Source: Escherichia phage P1. From it: a stretch of DNA of 64,000 bases. Of this stretch, positions 53,454-63,353 are shown piece after piece. Below the pieces are notes generated by a model. The model ran no database searches, was not told where the DNA came from, and was given only the letters and a program-made list of their open reading frames with translations. Both the position numbers and the translations under genes were made by a program. Every line of letters starts with the position of its first letter. Within the stretch, counting starts at the first letter, position 1. Where the stretch lies: sequence record AF234173.1; one strand, given 5' to 3'.

Positions 53454-53963
53454 TTAATCCCACTCAATCCAGTTGTAGACGATACGAAGTGACGGGCGCA
53501 CAGCAGCAGTCACATCTTCGGTACTAAAGTCGATTGCATCACTGTAGATTTTGCAGTCCAACATTTCAATTGTTGTAGCAGCTTTTGTCACAGCGTTAAC
53601 CCCGGAAGATTTGGATTCAGGGGTAGCAGCCATCGTGATATCAACATAGTCCTTCGCCGCAATGCGATCCTTGATGAACTGAAGAATATCGCCTTCGATA
53701 GTCTCCACGCACTGGACCTGGATTTCCCCAGAGTTTCGAATTGGTCCGTGCTGGTTGAACTTCACACCATTCGGACCATAGTCCTCCACATCCTCGCGGG
53801 TCATTTCAGGAATTTGCGACGTGCGAACCAGTACGCTGATATCTTCATGGCCTGCAAAAGTGAGCAGGAATTCAGAAGATACCAGTCGTTCGCCTTTGGC
53901 CGCGTTGGCAGTATAGCGGCCCTTAATAAATTTACGGTTTCCCTTAGTGTTATTGTGCCCCAT
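53454..53963 (-). CDS. bplB: Putative baseplate/tail protein (bplB-like)
   Basis: 169-aa ORF in the late operon. Confidence 0.5.
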   Translation of the reverse strand: MGHNNTKGNRKFIKGRYTANAAKGERLVSSEFLLTFAGHEDISVLVRTSQIPEMTREDVEDYGPNGVKFNQHGPIRNSGEIQVQCVETIEGDILQFIKDRIAAKDYVDITMAATPESKSSGVNAVTKAATTIEMLDCKIYSDAIDFSTEDVTAAVRPSLRIVYNWIEWD

Positions 53964-53974
53964 ATAAAATCCTT

Positions 53975-54556
53975 TTACTGGAACGCCCGAACAATATCGG
54001 AGCTGTTATATATCGAAGAACCGGTCAACTGGAGGTTGACGGTGTTTTTCAGGAAATATCCATTACTGTCCCTTGGCGCATCGAGATCAAAACTTAAGTC
54101 CTGGATGGCGACATCGGTGATGTTGATCCGGCGACCAATGTTTAGCGTCACGCGCTCCGGGATTCGACCACCAACATTGGCCGCTTTTAGTTCCGGGCTA
54201 ATCATGGCTGTCAACGCGGCGATAGCGCCTGAAACTTCAATGAATGGATTGTTCAAAGCAATGAAAGTTACAGGCAGCGTGAACGTCGGCGGAGTCCCCC
54301 CTTCCCAAACCATTAAGCTATTCCAACGGGCAACCGACGTTGTTTCAGTACGTACTTGCACAAAACCACCCAGAGCACCAGAAACAGATCCCATGGACAT
54401 ACCGGTAAACGGCGCTTCCCAATTCTGGGCCATGTTCATTGCCGCTCCCTGGCTGATATATCCGGTAACCTGGTACTGAGAGTTCGTTAAAGTAACTTTC
54501 AGATATGGCGATACACCGTCAGCCTGGCTGTAAACCCCATAAGCTATAGGAGCCAT
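53975..54556 (-). CDS. pmgG: Putative morphogenetic protein (pmgG-like)
   Basis: 193-aa ORF in the late operon. Confidence 0.45.
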   Translation of the reverse strand: MAPIAYGVYSQADGVSPYLKVTLTNSQYQVTGYISQGAAMNMAQNWEAPFTGMSMGSVSGALGGFVQVRTETTSVARWNSLMVWEGGTPPTFTLPVTFIALNNPFIEVSGAIAALTAMISPELKAANVGGRIPERVTLNIGRRINITDVAIQDLSFDLDAPRDSNGYFLKNTVNLQLTGSSIYNSSDIVRAFQ

Positions 54557-54591
54557 TCAAGTTAAAGGCCGGAGTTCCCCGGCCTCCTCCT

Positions 54592-55407
54592 TTAGCCAAG
54601 GCGCTTACGGCGCAGTTTCATTGACTTTTTGCGGGCAAGTTTTGCCGCGCCAGTCTGGGCTTTTCGACGCGCTTTTTTTAGCGCCGATTTTTGAGCCGCA
54701 GTCAGACGTTTTTTACGCAGGCGTTTACGGATGAGTTTGATCTCACCGTTACGAACAACCTTCTTAAATGCTTCAGTCAGCATTTCATCAGAAGTGCCAG
54801 CAACAACAAACGCCGCTTCCAGTTCGTCGCGGTCGTCGCTATCTAAACTAGCGATAGAGGCACCAACATCAGCAGCAGCGTCATCGTCTTCATCGTCAGC
54901 CAGTGCTTCGATCAGGTCATCATCTACACCGCATGCTGCGAGGAAGTCAGCAACATTTGCCCATGCTTCGTTATAGGCATCGTCCTGTTCTTCTGTAACT
55001 TCGGAGTCGTCGTCGTCAGAGATACCAGCGATAGCTTGAACGAAACCATCAAGGGAGTCGAAAGTCAGATCACCGCTATCAGCCCAGGCGAAAACGGCGT
55101 CGGCCGCATCACTCAACGCATTCTGCATAGCACTTCGATTTGCAGCTTCCAGAATCATCTGGTGCGCCTGTTCGACGGTCCATTCTTTACCTTCTTTCCC
55201 TTCCAGGATTTGCTCAGGAGCCTGGTCAGGTGGAACGTTCTCGTTAATCTGTGCCGCCGGTTCCGGATTATTATTAATAACTGGATCTGTTGGCGGTTGT
55301 GCGCTTGCTCGGGCAGACTCCATCAGCTGCACAGGATCAGAGTTCAAAGCGAAACGGGACAGTCCATTCCCCAAAAATGCCCCGGATTGAAAAAAGTTTT
55401 TGCTCAT
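54592..55407 (-). CDS. 21: Gene 21-like protein with acidic core and strongly basic C-terminal tail
   Basis: 271-aa ORF; DDDSEVTEEQDD and DDEDDDAAAD stretches; C-terminus RKRLRKKRLTAAQKSALKKARRKAQ...RRKRLG. Confidence 0.5.
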   Translation of the reverse strand: MSKNFFQSGAFLGNGLSRFALNSDPVQLMESARASAQPPTDPVINNNPEPAAQINENVPPDQAPEQILEGKEGKEWTVEQAHQMILEAANRSAMQNALSDAADAVFAWADSGDLTFDSLDGFVQAIAGISDDDDSEVTEEQDDAYNEAWANVADFLAACGVDDDLIEALADDEDDDAAADVGASIASLDSDDRDELEAAFVVAGTSDEMLTEAFKKVVRNGEIKLIRKRLRKKRLTAAQKSALKKARRKAQTGAAKLARKKSMKLRRKRLG

Positions 55408-55416
55408 TGTATTCCC

Positions 55417-57006
55417 TTACTTAATAAGCAGCGGTACGCCCTGGATACGACGGGCTACGCCAGTCGGGCAGCAGGCCCAGACTACTTCCCATTTATCGAA
55501 TTCCGCCTGCGTAACTTTCAGCACATACGGTTCTGTACCGTCAGCATCAGGATCACGAGGAGCCACCAGAGCGCCGGAGGCGACAAAGCGATCTAAAAGT
55601 TTGGTCATCCCTTTAGTCAGGCCAGCCGCAGTAATACCGTCCGGGCTATGCTTCATCTGTCGGGCTAACTGGACAAAGAAACGGCTGATTGCATTCATCA
55701 GGGATGGGACGTGCTGGAAGTGCAGATAGTTATCCTGCGTGCAGCAAGTTAAAGCATCGTCGATGATCATCTGGCCAGAGGTGCCAACAGATACTTTATT
55801 GAGACGGCCCTTGACCATTGCTTCTTCGTCCGGGGTATCTTCCGGATACAGCGGTTGAATTGACGCACGAGCAATGACGGCACGTTCTTCACCAGCCGGT
55901 GAGTAATGCCAACCACCGACATCAGAGTTTTTCTTGACGCCACGAGCTTTCGCCGCATACGCCACGCCAGACAGACCAAAGACCACACGGGATTGGGTCC
56001 ATTTGTCTTTGCAGGAGAACGGGTAGTGATAGACAGAACAGCTTACATAATCGGTACCAAGTAAACCGGTATCCTCAACAGCTGGTAGTGCTTCTGCGTA
56101 CGTTAATGTCGGTTTGACATCAAAGAAGCCATCAATCAGGCGATCTGCACAGATTTTACCTAATGCGGTGATAGCCGCATTGTCATAGCAGCCCAGGCCA
56201 AGAACAGCGGTGTACATGTACGGCGCATTGTTCAGCACTTTCACCGCACGCAGGTACGCAGCGGTTGAGATTTTCGACTGATCACCGTTGGTACCACCAG
56301 TGAACGCCAACGATTTTTTATTTGTTACTTTCGCCGTCGAAATCAGCTCTTCATTAACAACCGCGCGCAGATATTTAGAACGGGCTTCCAGAGCCGTAGG
56401 CAGATAACACAAGCGGCCCATGTCATCTTTCGCTTCTTCCGCCAAAGACACAGTGTGTGTCTCCAGGGTCGTTACCACACCGAGCGAAGTCGTCTGGGTC
56501 AGTTTTAAGAGGAAGCGTTCATTACCCGCGCTGTCCGCTGTTGCCGTTTCGATGGTTAACTCACGGGTAGGTGAAATACACGGATCACCATCATCAACGT
56601 AGATAGCAAAGGCTTCGCCACTATCAAGTTCAATTTCAGAACCGTATGGCAACGCACTGTAAGCCGGTTCGCCTGATTCATCGAACATAATAATCGGGAA
56701 CTTCGCATCATCCGGAACAGCGCGAACAACGTAACCAGACGTTTGCTGAATAGCTTCGTATACATGGCGAATTGGTTCGAACTGTGAGCCGGAAGACGGC
56801 TTCAGCGGTTCGCCGAGAACATCTTCGTAATTGGACTCAGTAACCGCAAGAACAGTAAACGGCTTGCCACGCGCAAATACGCCAATACCAGCCCACAAGC
56901 TGCTATTTAATGCAACACCGGTAGATAACGTCGCATCGGCATTGATCGGGCTAACCGCGACGCCGGATGCATTACCTAATGACTGTTGAATTGAATATTG
57001 AGACAT
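55417..57006 (-). CDS. 22: Tail sheath protein
   Basis: 529-aa ORF, ATG with AGGGAAAG upstream; size and position match P1 gene 22. Confidence 0.65.
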   Translation of the reverse strand: MSQYSIQQSLGNASGVAVSPINADATLSTGVALNSSLWAGIGVFARGKPFTVLAVTESNYEDVLGEPLKPSSGSQFEPIRHVYEAIQQTSGYVVRAVPDDAKFPIIMFDESGEPAYSALPYGSEIELDSGEAFAIYVDDGDPCISPTRELTIETATADSAGNERFLLKLTQTTSLGVVTTLETHTVSLAEEAKDDMGRLCYLPTALEARSKYLRAVVNEELISTAKVTNKKSLAFTGGTNGDQSKISTAAYLRAVKVLNNAPYMYTAVLGLGCYDNAAITALGKICADRLIDGFFDVKPTLTYAEALPAVEDTGLLGTDYVSCSVYHYPFSCKDKWTQSRVVFGLSGVAYAAKARGVKKNSDVGGWHYSPAGEERAVIARASIQPLYPEDTPDEEAMVKGRLNKVSVGTSGQMIIDDALTCCTQDNYLHFQHVPSLMNAISRFFVQLARQMKHSPDGITAAGLTKGMTKLLDRFVASGALVAPRDPDADGTEPYVLKVTQAEFDKWEVVWACCPTGVARRIQGVPLLIK

Positions 57007-57021
57007 AACTTTCCCTGTTAT

Positions 57022-57040
57022 GCGCCCCGCACGGGGGCGC
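57022..57040. terminator. GC-rich hairpin GCGCCCC-gcacg-GGGGCGC between genes 23 and 22
   Basis: Perfect 7-bp stem but no U-tract; may be an RNA structure rather than a terminator. Confidence 0.3.
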
Positions 57041-57066
57041 TATGTTAAACGGAGAACTTCCCCTGA

Positions 57067-58773
57067 TTACTCAGAGTCACCGGCATCAATCGTGTCGCCG
57101 CTAATGAAGTTAAGCCCGCCTTTTTTGGCCATTGTCAGCGTTACACGAGTGAAGTAATCAGCGCCGTTGCGTGGGTGCATATCGTTGATAGCCGAACCCC
57201 ACAGCGTGGTACGGTTGACCAGCGCCGGAGTGGTCGGATGCTGGAACGGGATGGCCGGGACAGCATCACCAGTCACGAAGCCTGCTTTACCCGGATTTTC
57301 ATCACGGACGTAGCACAGCACATCCATCGAGCTGAACTGAATGTTCTCTGTCGTTAAGTTCTTACAAATACCAGCAGGTACTTCGTACACTTTCACGTTA
57401 CCGAACAGGGTACCGATGTAGTGAACATACGGAGTCTGGATATAGTCTTCGGCTGGCTGGAAGAAATCCTTCGGCAACTGTTTGAAGAAAGATGCTGCAT
57501 CAGCACCAGCAAACATCCCCATCGCACCAGAAGATTTAACGCGCTCAATAATGTCGCGATATACAGTCTGGAATTTGCCACGAATGATGGTTGCCCATAC
57601 ATCAAAGGACTGGTTAACCGGCAGAGCGATGTCAAAGGTGTCGGTCGCAAGAGTGCGCCAGATCATGATGCGAAGACGCAGCATATCCTGTTCATGAGAC
57701 AGGTATTCCTTCAGGGTGCGGAACTGTAGGGAACCCAGGTCCAGACCAAATTCACGCTGTGCTTCATACGCCGCCTGTACCGTGTGCTCAGCCGCGATAA
57801 CGAACTGACTTGGGAACAGGGTGTATTTCTTCATTTCGTGGTTGATCAGCGGGATCAGCTCAGGAGCGGCTTCAATATTGATTTCCGTCTCAATTGCGAT
57901 CTCAGTGCCTTTATCCGGCGCTTTGGAGAACGACAGGGCAATCTGACCAATGTTGTAGTTCAGAGAGCAGGTAACAGTGATTTGCTCACCAGCAGCATTA
58001 GTAAACGAGTGAAGTAGGCTGCCGGAACCGTTATCAACAACAGACTTAATACGGTTAACGTAGATGTTAGTGCGACCTTTTCGGATTGGTACATTCTGGC
58101 CTTCGAAGTCTTCCATCTTGAAGGTTGCGGTTTTGCTGGTGCCATCGGAGCTTGCCACCAGCACATAGCGGCGACGTAACTGGCTGTACACACCGACGGA
58201 TTGCATGTCCAGAACATCACCAGCAGCATAAGAACCAAAAGATGAACCTGCCACGTTAAAGACTTCATAGATGTCGGACTGGTCACGCGTAACCGGAATG
58301 AAGGTACACGCATCAGCGGTAGCTGCCCCCAACTGAACAGGCAGGATCATCGCGAGGAATAAAGGCAGACGCATAACACCGTCAGAAACGCTCATCATCT
58401 CTGCTGCGACAGATTCCAGCATCGCTTTATTAGTGGCATCCATGCTATTGCGGGTGGACTCTATCAGGCAGTTTTCCAGCGTCTGGTGGCAGGAGGCCAG
58501 AATTTCCGGACGCGGCATAGATTTATGTGCTGCGGCGTAGTCAGCCAGTGCACTTGCCCACGCTGTAGCGATTTGAGCGGTGGCATTATCAGAGATACCC
58601 GCAAAAACCGGGTCTTTACGTGCAGCTTCAAGGATAGATGCGGCACGCGCGGCATCATCTTTAATGAATTGGTTATCAGTACCGAACTGCGCAGTGCTTG
58701 CCCAGCCAAGCACAGCTTTAGAGCGTTTTGCGATATCTGCAATACGATTCTGGTATTCGCGTAAGTTACTCAA
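57067..58773 (-). CDS. 23: Major capsid protein precursor
   Basis: ORF 57067-58794; the most plausible start is TTG 58773 with AAGGAAG 6 nt upstream (567 aa); no in-frame ATG nearby. Confidence 0.7.
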   Translation of the reverse strand: MSNLREYQNRIADIAKRSKAVLGWASTAQFGTDNQFIKDDAARAASILEAARKDPVFAGISDNATAQIATAWASALADYAAAHKSMPRPEILASCHQTLENCLIESTRNSMDATNKAMLESVAAEMMSVSDGVMRLPLFLAMILPVQLGAATADACTFIPVTRDQSDIYEVFNVAGSSFGSYAAGDVLDMQSVGVYSQLRRRYVLVASSDGTSKTATFKMEDFEGQNVPIRKGRTNIYVNRIKSVVDNGSGSLLHSFTNAAGEQITVTCSLNYNIGQIALSFSKAPDKGTEIAIETEINIEAAPELIPLINHEMKKYTLFPSQFVIAAEHTVQAAYEAQREFGLDLGSLQFRTLKEYLSHEQDMLRLRIMIWRTLATDTFDIALPVNQSFDVWATIIRGKFQTVYRDIIERVKSSGAMGMFAGADAASFFKQLPKDFFQPAEDYIQTPYVHYIGTLFGNVKVYEVPAGICKNLTTENIQFSSMDVLCYVRDENPGKAGFVTGDAVPAIPFQHPTTPALVNRTTLWGSAINDMHPRNGADYFTRVTLTMAKKGGLNFISGDTIDAGDSE

Positions 58774-58833
58774 TTTACTCTTCCTTAAACACAAGGCACT
58801 TGTGTGAATCCCTTTTCGGAAGAGATTTTATTG

Positions 58834-58844
58834 AAAGTCACTTG
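58834..58844 (-). promoter_or_regulatory. Late-promoter-like motif (AGTCACTTGTT on + strand, within palindrome AAAGTCA-cttgt-TGACTTT) 5' of gene 23
   Basis: Best example of the recurrent motif; about 60 bp upstream of the capsid gene start. Confidence 0.35.
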
Positions 58845-58909
58845 TTGACTTTCTCGTGACAAGCAATTTTTTTATTTTTTTCGGGAGGAGGGGAGGAAGG
58901 TAAAATCCA

Positions 58910-58995
58910 AGGTGAAATCGTGGCGATTTCACCTTGAAATTTTAGAGTAATTTACTTTAAAAACAGTCAGTTAATAGTGAAATTTGAATGGCGAA
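58910..58995. other. parS: parS partition site: ParB box A heptamers (ATTTCAC/GTGAAAT) and box B hexamers (TGGCGA) flanking an AT-rich IHF-type core
   Basis: GTGAAATCGTGGCGATTTCAC at 58912-58932 and GTGAAATTTGAATGGCGA at 58977-58994, ending directly at the parB stop. Confidence 0.8.
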
Positions 58996-58998
58996 AGT

Positions 58999-60000
58999 TT
59001 AAGGCTTCGGCTTTTTATCGAGGCTCTTTCTAAGGATATGCCCAATCATCCTGTCGAGTTCTTCCTGTAACTCTTTTGAGAGTCGATTAAACTCATAAGA
59101 AAATGCACGGCCTTTCACGCGCTTCCTTGCAAAGCGATCCTTGTCCTCAAATTTCCATAATTCAGTAACTACGGACTTATCTTTAGAACCTTTATCCGTG
59201 AGTAGTGAGGCTTCCTTTGTTATCAAGCGCAGGATTTTATTTTTAACTTCATCTTCGGCCATTTCTTCAATGGATAAGATGTCGTTTATTTCCGGGGATA
59301 TGTTTTGAATAAGCTGATCAAACTCTAAATTCTTGTTCCCCATTTCGTCGCCAACAGCACAAAGCGTTTTGTAGTCCGAAAAGGTTAATTCCGACTGCAC
59401 AGGGAAAAGGGCGACTAATTCTTCCGGAGCACTCGCTGCCTGGAGAGCACGCGTGACCTTCGCCTGAGACAGCCCTTCTTTGGCTGCAATATCCTTCTGA
59501 CTCATCCCATCATTTTTCATTCGCATCAAACGCAGACCTATTTCTCGAATGCTGTGCTGCAATGCTGTCTGAACGTCTTTCGCTAAATTTTGCGCTTCCT
59601 GAACGCTGATCTCCTGGTCCGTGACTAAAACCCGCAACCCTACGTTCTCTAAGATGGCAGAAGCTCGACGCCGGGAACCATCCAAAATTTCAATTTTCCC
59701 TGTAGCCCGTCTAACACCTATTGCAGGGTAAAATTGCTGATGCTTAATAGTGCTTCGGATACTTTTTAATGATTTTGGCGTAAGAGATGCCTGGTCACGC
59801 CCGTTGTTATGCTGATCAACAAAGGTATCGCTTTCTACCTGGTTCGGAGGTATTACCTCTTCAATAAATGTGGCCTGGCGACCAGTTGATAACTTGAATA
59901 CCTGCTCGACTCGATCGCCAGAGGCTGAAGAACTATCAAATCCGCTTAATATTGAAGGATTAAGGGTTCGCCCAATTGTTGGTCTGTTTTTCTTTGACAT
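58999..60000 (-). CDS. parB: ParB partition protein
   Basis: 333-aa ORF recognised as P1 ParB. Confidence 0.95.
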   Translation of the reverse strand: MSKKNRPTIGRTLNPSILSGFDSSSASGDRVEQVFKLSTGRQATFIEEVIPPNQVESDTFVDQHNNGRDQASLTPKSLKSIRSTIKHQQFYPAIGVRRATGKIEILDGSRRRASAILENVGLRVLVTDQEISVQEAQNLAKDVQTALQHSIREIGLRLMRMKNDGMSQKDIAAKEGLSQAKVTRALQAASAPEELVALFPVQSELTFSDYKTLCAVGDEMGNKNLEFDQLIQNISPEINDILSIEEMAEDEVKNKILRLITKEASLLTDKGSKDKSVVTELWKFEDKDRFARKRVKGRAFSYEFNRLSKELQEELDRMIGHILRKSLDKKPKP

Positions 60001-60016
60001 GGGGGTTTCTTACTCC

Positions 60017-61213
60017 TCAGTTAGATCTGATAAATTCAATACGGTCAAAAACTGCTTTAGCAAAATCTTCCGCGGCAATTCGCGCGTTCTTCAATGCATC
60101 AGCACTACCAACATACGTTGCCGGGTTAGCTGAAATAACAGTGTCAAAAGACTCGCCGCAGCGTTCAAAACCGTCAAGGCGAGGGAGGAAGACATCAAGC
60201 ATATCCCCACCGAACACTTCTTTAGCCAGGCTATGGCAATACTTATGGTCTGCCTTGTTACTCAACTTGGACATAAAACCAATGTTAGTCGCAAGCTGGC
60301 ACTCGCAGCCTTCATCCGAAATGAGTTTCACCAACTCAGGAAGGCGGGCAACGTATTTAAGCGATGAGTGGAAATCGACAGTTGCTGGCGGCAGAGGTGT
60401 AAACAGTATATTGGCCGAGGCCAAAGCATTTTTCAGGAAGGCGTCAAGGTGAGGACCACTATCAACGAGGATAAAGTCATAATCGCTCTTCAGCTTATCA
60501 ATCACATTTTCTTTCAGGACAGCATGGATGTTCTGACCCGGTAGATGCTCATTGCACAGCTCTCTCCAATCGGATGCAATAAAGGCATCGTCAATCGACG
60601 CAGGCATAACGTCAACCCCAGGTACAACAGAAGGAACAATAAACTCCTCTAACAGCTCTTCACGGCTTACATTCTGCAACATAGCCTGTGCAGATGTTGC
60701 GTTTACGATACCAATAGAGTGTTTATGGCTTAAAAACATCGTTGCTGAAGATTGCGGATCAAGGTCAATAACCAGAATCCTTAAATCCTCCATAAGAAGA
60801 TGAGGGTGAGCACGCATTGCATGCGCCAGAGAAACCGTCGATACAGTTTTTGACACACCGCCTTTAAGATTGGAGATGAAAATCACATACGCTTCGCTGT
60901 AGCGATCCCGGTATTTTGGCACTCCGCGATGTTCATATATGTCAATGATGTTCTGAATTGACATCGCATATTTCATTGAAGAGCCAGCAGGGCGTTTATC
61001 GAAAACATAACCCTTTTCTTCCATTTCACTTACGGCATAGTCAACGTTCGCTCGAGTCAGTAGAGGCAATTTTGCCAGTGCCGCTTTCGCATAGACCTGG
61101 TAAAACTCGTTCGCGTGTAGCTCATCCTTTTGCAACTGTACTTGTTCAGTCAGAACATTGAGCATTCTGTTTGCTCTTTGAGCAACCTTGTGAAGCTGGC
61201 TGGAATCACTCAT
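60017..61213 (-). CDS. parA: ParA partition ATPase
   Basis: 398-aa ORF; deviant Walker A KGGVSKT; N-terminal DNA-binding extension. Confidence 0.95.
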   Translation of the reverse strand: MSDSSQLHKVAQRANRMLNVLTEQVQLQKDELHANEFYQVYAKAALAKLPLLTRANVDYAVSEMEEKGYVFDKRPAGSSMKYAMSIQNIIDIYEHRGVPKYRDRYSEAYVIFISNLKGGVSKTVSTVSLAHAMRAHPHLLMEDLRILVIDLDPQSSATMFLSHKHSIGIVNATSAQAMLQNVSREELLEEFIVPSVVPGVDVMPASIDDAFIASDWRELCNEHLPGQNIHAVLKENVIDKLKSDYDFILVDSGPHLDAFLKNALASANILFTPLPPATVDFHSSLKYVARLPELVKLISDEGCECQLATNIGFMSKLSNKADHKYCHSLAKEVFGGDMLDVFLPRLDGFERCGESFDTVISANPATYVGSADALKNARIAAEDFAKAVFDRIEFIRSN

Positions 61214-61485
61214 CGAAAGTCATCCTTTATGCTGTATTTTTGAATTTAATTAAAAATGCTGCATAAAATAATAATGTATGCGTAGATGCTTGTACATAGC
61301 ATTCTCTGCATGCTTACTCCTTTGCCAAGTGTGTCACAACATGCTTTGGCATCCTCCACGCATAAAGGACGCGGATTTCTTCTACGTTCAGGTTGTAGCC
61401 TGAATCATTTTGGTGATTTCCTGCTTCAATGGGCAGCCAAGCTTCACTCTCTATCAACTGGTGAGAACGGCTTGCCCGGCAGCTT

Positions 61486-61770
61486 CGATGTGTGCTGGAG
61501 GGAGAATAAAAGTCTAAGATGTGCGATAGAGGGAAGTCGCATTGAATTATGTGCTGTGGAGGGATCGCTGGTATCAAATATGTGTGCTGGAGGGAAAGGC
61601 AGAGAATTACATGTGCACTGGAGGGAAAAGCGGATGGACAGATGTGTGCTGGAGGGAAAGTCTGGGCAAACTGAGGGGCGTCCCCCTCCAGCGCACATCA
61701 AAAACAGGAAATTGGACAAGCCTTCCCGGCAGCACACATCTTTTTAATGCGGTTTCCCTCCAGCACACAC
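61486..61770. repeat. incA: incA: nine 19-bp RepA-binding iterons (GATGTGTGCTGGAGGGAAA family), six in one orientation and three inverted
   Basis: Iterons read directly from sequence at about 61486, 61517, 61548, 61577, 61609, 61640, 61680, 61721 and 61752. Confidence 0.85.
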
Positions 61771-62631
61771 TTATTCGGGGAGTTTCAGCTTTGGATTGCG
61801 AGAATGGACGATTACAAAACTTTCCCGGCCTTTCTTCTCAATAGAACAGTCGAGATAGCCGATTGTTTTAAGCTGTTCTATCGCTTTCTTAATGATACGG
61901 TTTTGCTCGCCAACAGCTGACTGCAAAGCCAGGCGCTCACGGATTCGCGCGAACGATAGCGGCAACGGGTTCTGCGGAAGGCTTTCGATGAAAGTGTAAA
62001 TGGCTTGTGCAGCTTCTTTCTTCGGAAGGGCACGCAAGGCGTGGTGTTGCAACAGAACGCGATAATCAAGCTGGAACAGCTCCCACAACTTCGAATCAGC
62101 CTCCAGCTCTATCAGATCAAGGTCAGCATCAAAACGCCCGACCTTCAGCAGACCAGTCTGATAGCCGCCTTTAGCATCTTTTCCGCGCTTAAAAGCGATA
62201 CCCTTGTTACGCAAGCGTCCAAGTGATTCATGAATGGTTAAACGCAGTTTCGCATCCAGACGTTTTGAGGGGAAACCACAGGCTTTAGCGAATTCCTGAA
62301 ACGATAACTGGATGGTGTTTGAGGACAAGCCGTATTTGCTGAACGCGTAGATGACACCGATCCACGTTTTGAAATCAGTATCCATATCGAGTCGAGGACC
62401 GGTGATTTTAATATCATCGTAACCCTCGGCTTTAGCTATCTCCAGCTGGGAAAACGCTTTGGTGGCATCAATCTCTTTACTTTCTCCTTTGCTCTTTGAT
62501 GGCTTCGGCACGAATACCCCCAAGCGCATCAACGCTACAGGCTGCACAGTGTTGTTTGAATTAACTGTTAGTTCTTTTGCCTTACTTTCAATGTCTGCGT
62601 AAAGAATATCGGAGATAAATGATTGATTCAT
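61771..62631 (-). CDS. repA: RepA plasmid replication initiator
   Basis: 286-aa ORF recognised as P1 RepA; flanked by iteron arrays. Confidence 0.95.
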   Translation of the reverse strand: MNQSFISDILYADIESKAKELTVNSNNTVQPVALMRLGVFVPKPSKSKGESKEIDATKAFSQLEIAKAEGYDDIKITGPRLDMDTDFKTWIGVIYAFSKYGLSSNTIQLSFQEFAKACGFPSKRLDAKLRLTIHESLGRLRNKGIAFKRGKDAKGGYQTGLLKVGRFDADLDLIELEADSKLWELFQLDYRVLLQHHALRALPKKEAAQAIYTFIESLPQNPLPLSFARIRERLALQSAVGEQNRIIKKAIEQLKTIGYLDCSIEKKGRESFVIVHSRNPKLKLPE

Positions 62632-62649
62632 ATTACTTTTTCCGAATTG

Positions 62650-62910
62650 TGTGGATAGTTTTTATAAGTGGTGATAACTACCCAAGCTTTCCCGTCAACA
62701 CACATCCTATATCCCGCCAGCACACATTAGCAACCCGTCAGCACACATTTTTATCCCTCCAGCACACATCGTTTTCCCTCCAGCACACATCGCGATACAC
62801 TTCTAAGCCAGACGTGGCGCGGCCTGCAACGATCAGGGATCTATATGGATCTAATTGGGATCTGTATGGACCTGATTATTGGATCTATCCAGTGGATAAT
62901 GTGGATAAGT
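62650..62910. other. oriR: oriR plasmid origin: iterons, a cluster of five GATC sites (62831-62885) and DnaA-box-like sequences
   Basis: DnaA-box-like TGTGGATAA at 62900-62908 and AGTGGATAA at 62891-62899; TGTGGATAG at 62650-62658. Confidence 0.75.
62688..62791. repeat. incC: incC: five direct 19-bp iterons upstream of repA
   Basis: TCCCNNCAGCACACATC repeated five times at about 21-bp spacing. Confidence 0.85.
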
Positions 62911-62949
62911 GAAAAACCGGCCAACGTAGCCGGTTGGAAGGGAGTCGTA

Positions 62950-63342
62950 TTATTCTACGCTTTCGATGAGAAGACCATGTTCATAGCATTTAAGCTCATC
63001 GCCCTCGTACAGGAATTGGTATCCAATACCACCATATTCAGGCACATTAGGGAATAACTCATCACTTACCGAAGAACAAATCACACCAATGCAGCGATCA
63101 ACGCCTTCTCGTTCTTCAGTGCTGAAAAAATCCTCTTCGGTAAGAACATGAGTACATTGCTCATCAGCATAGGTCGGAAATACATGCTCAATGCAATCCG
63201 GGTGTTTTAAACCAAGCTGATCGGCAAGCTCGAAAGCACGACGGTATTGTTCAGATCCTGGCTTGCCAACAGTGATTTGCTCAATTTTGTAGATTGAAGT
63301 CGCTTTGTTGATAGTTTGCTTTACTGTTACTTTATCAGACAT
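62950..63342 (-). CDS. Hypothetical acidic protein (possibly upfA)
   Basis: 130-aa ORF; no recognisable motif. Confidence 0.4.
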   Translation of the reverse strand: MSDKVTVKQTINKATSIYKIEQITVGKPGSEQYRRAFELADQLGLKHPDCIEHVFPTYADEQCTHVLTEEDFFSTEEREGVDRCIGVICSSVSDELFPNVPEYGGIGYQFLYEGDELKCYEHGLLIESVE

Positions 63343-63353
63343 AAAAATCCCTT

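Noticed and set aside
61486-62791. Possible CRISPR array suggested by regularly spaced repeats
   Set aside because: The repeats are 19-bp iterons with irregular spacers in both orientations, adjacent to a RepA initiator gene; no cas genes are present.
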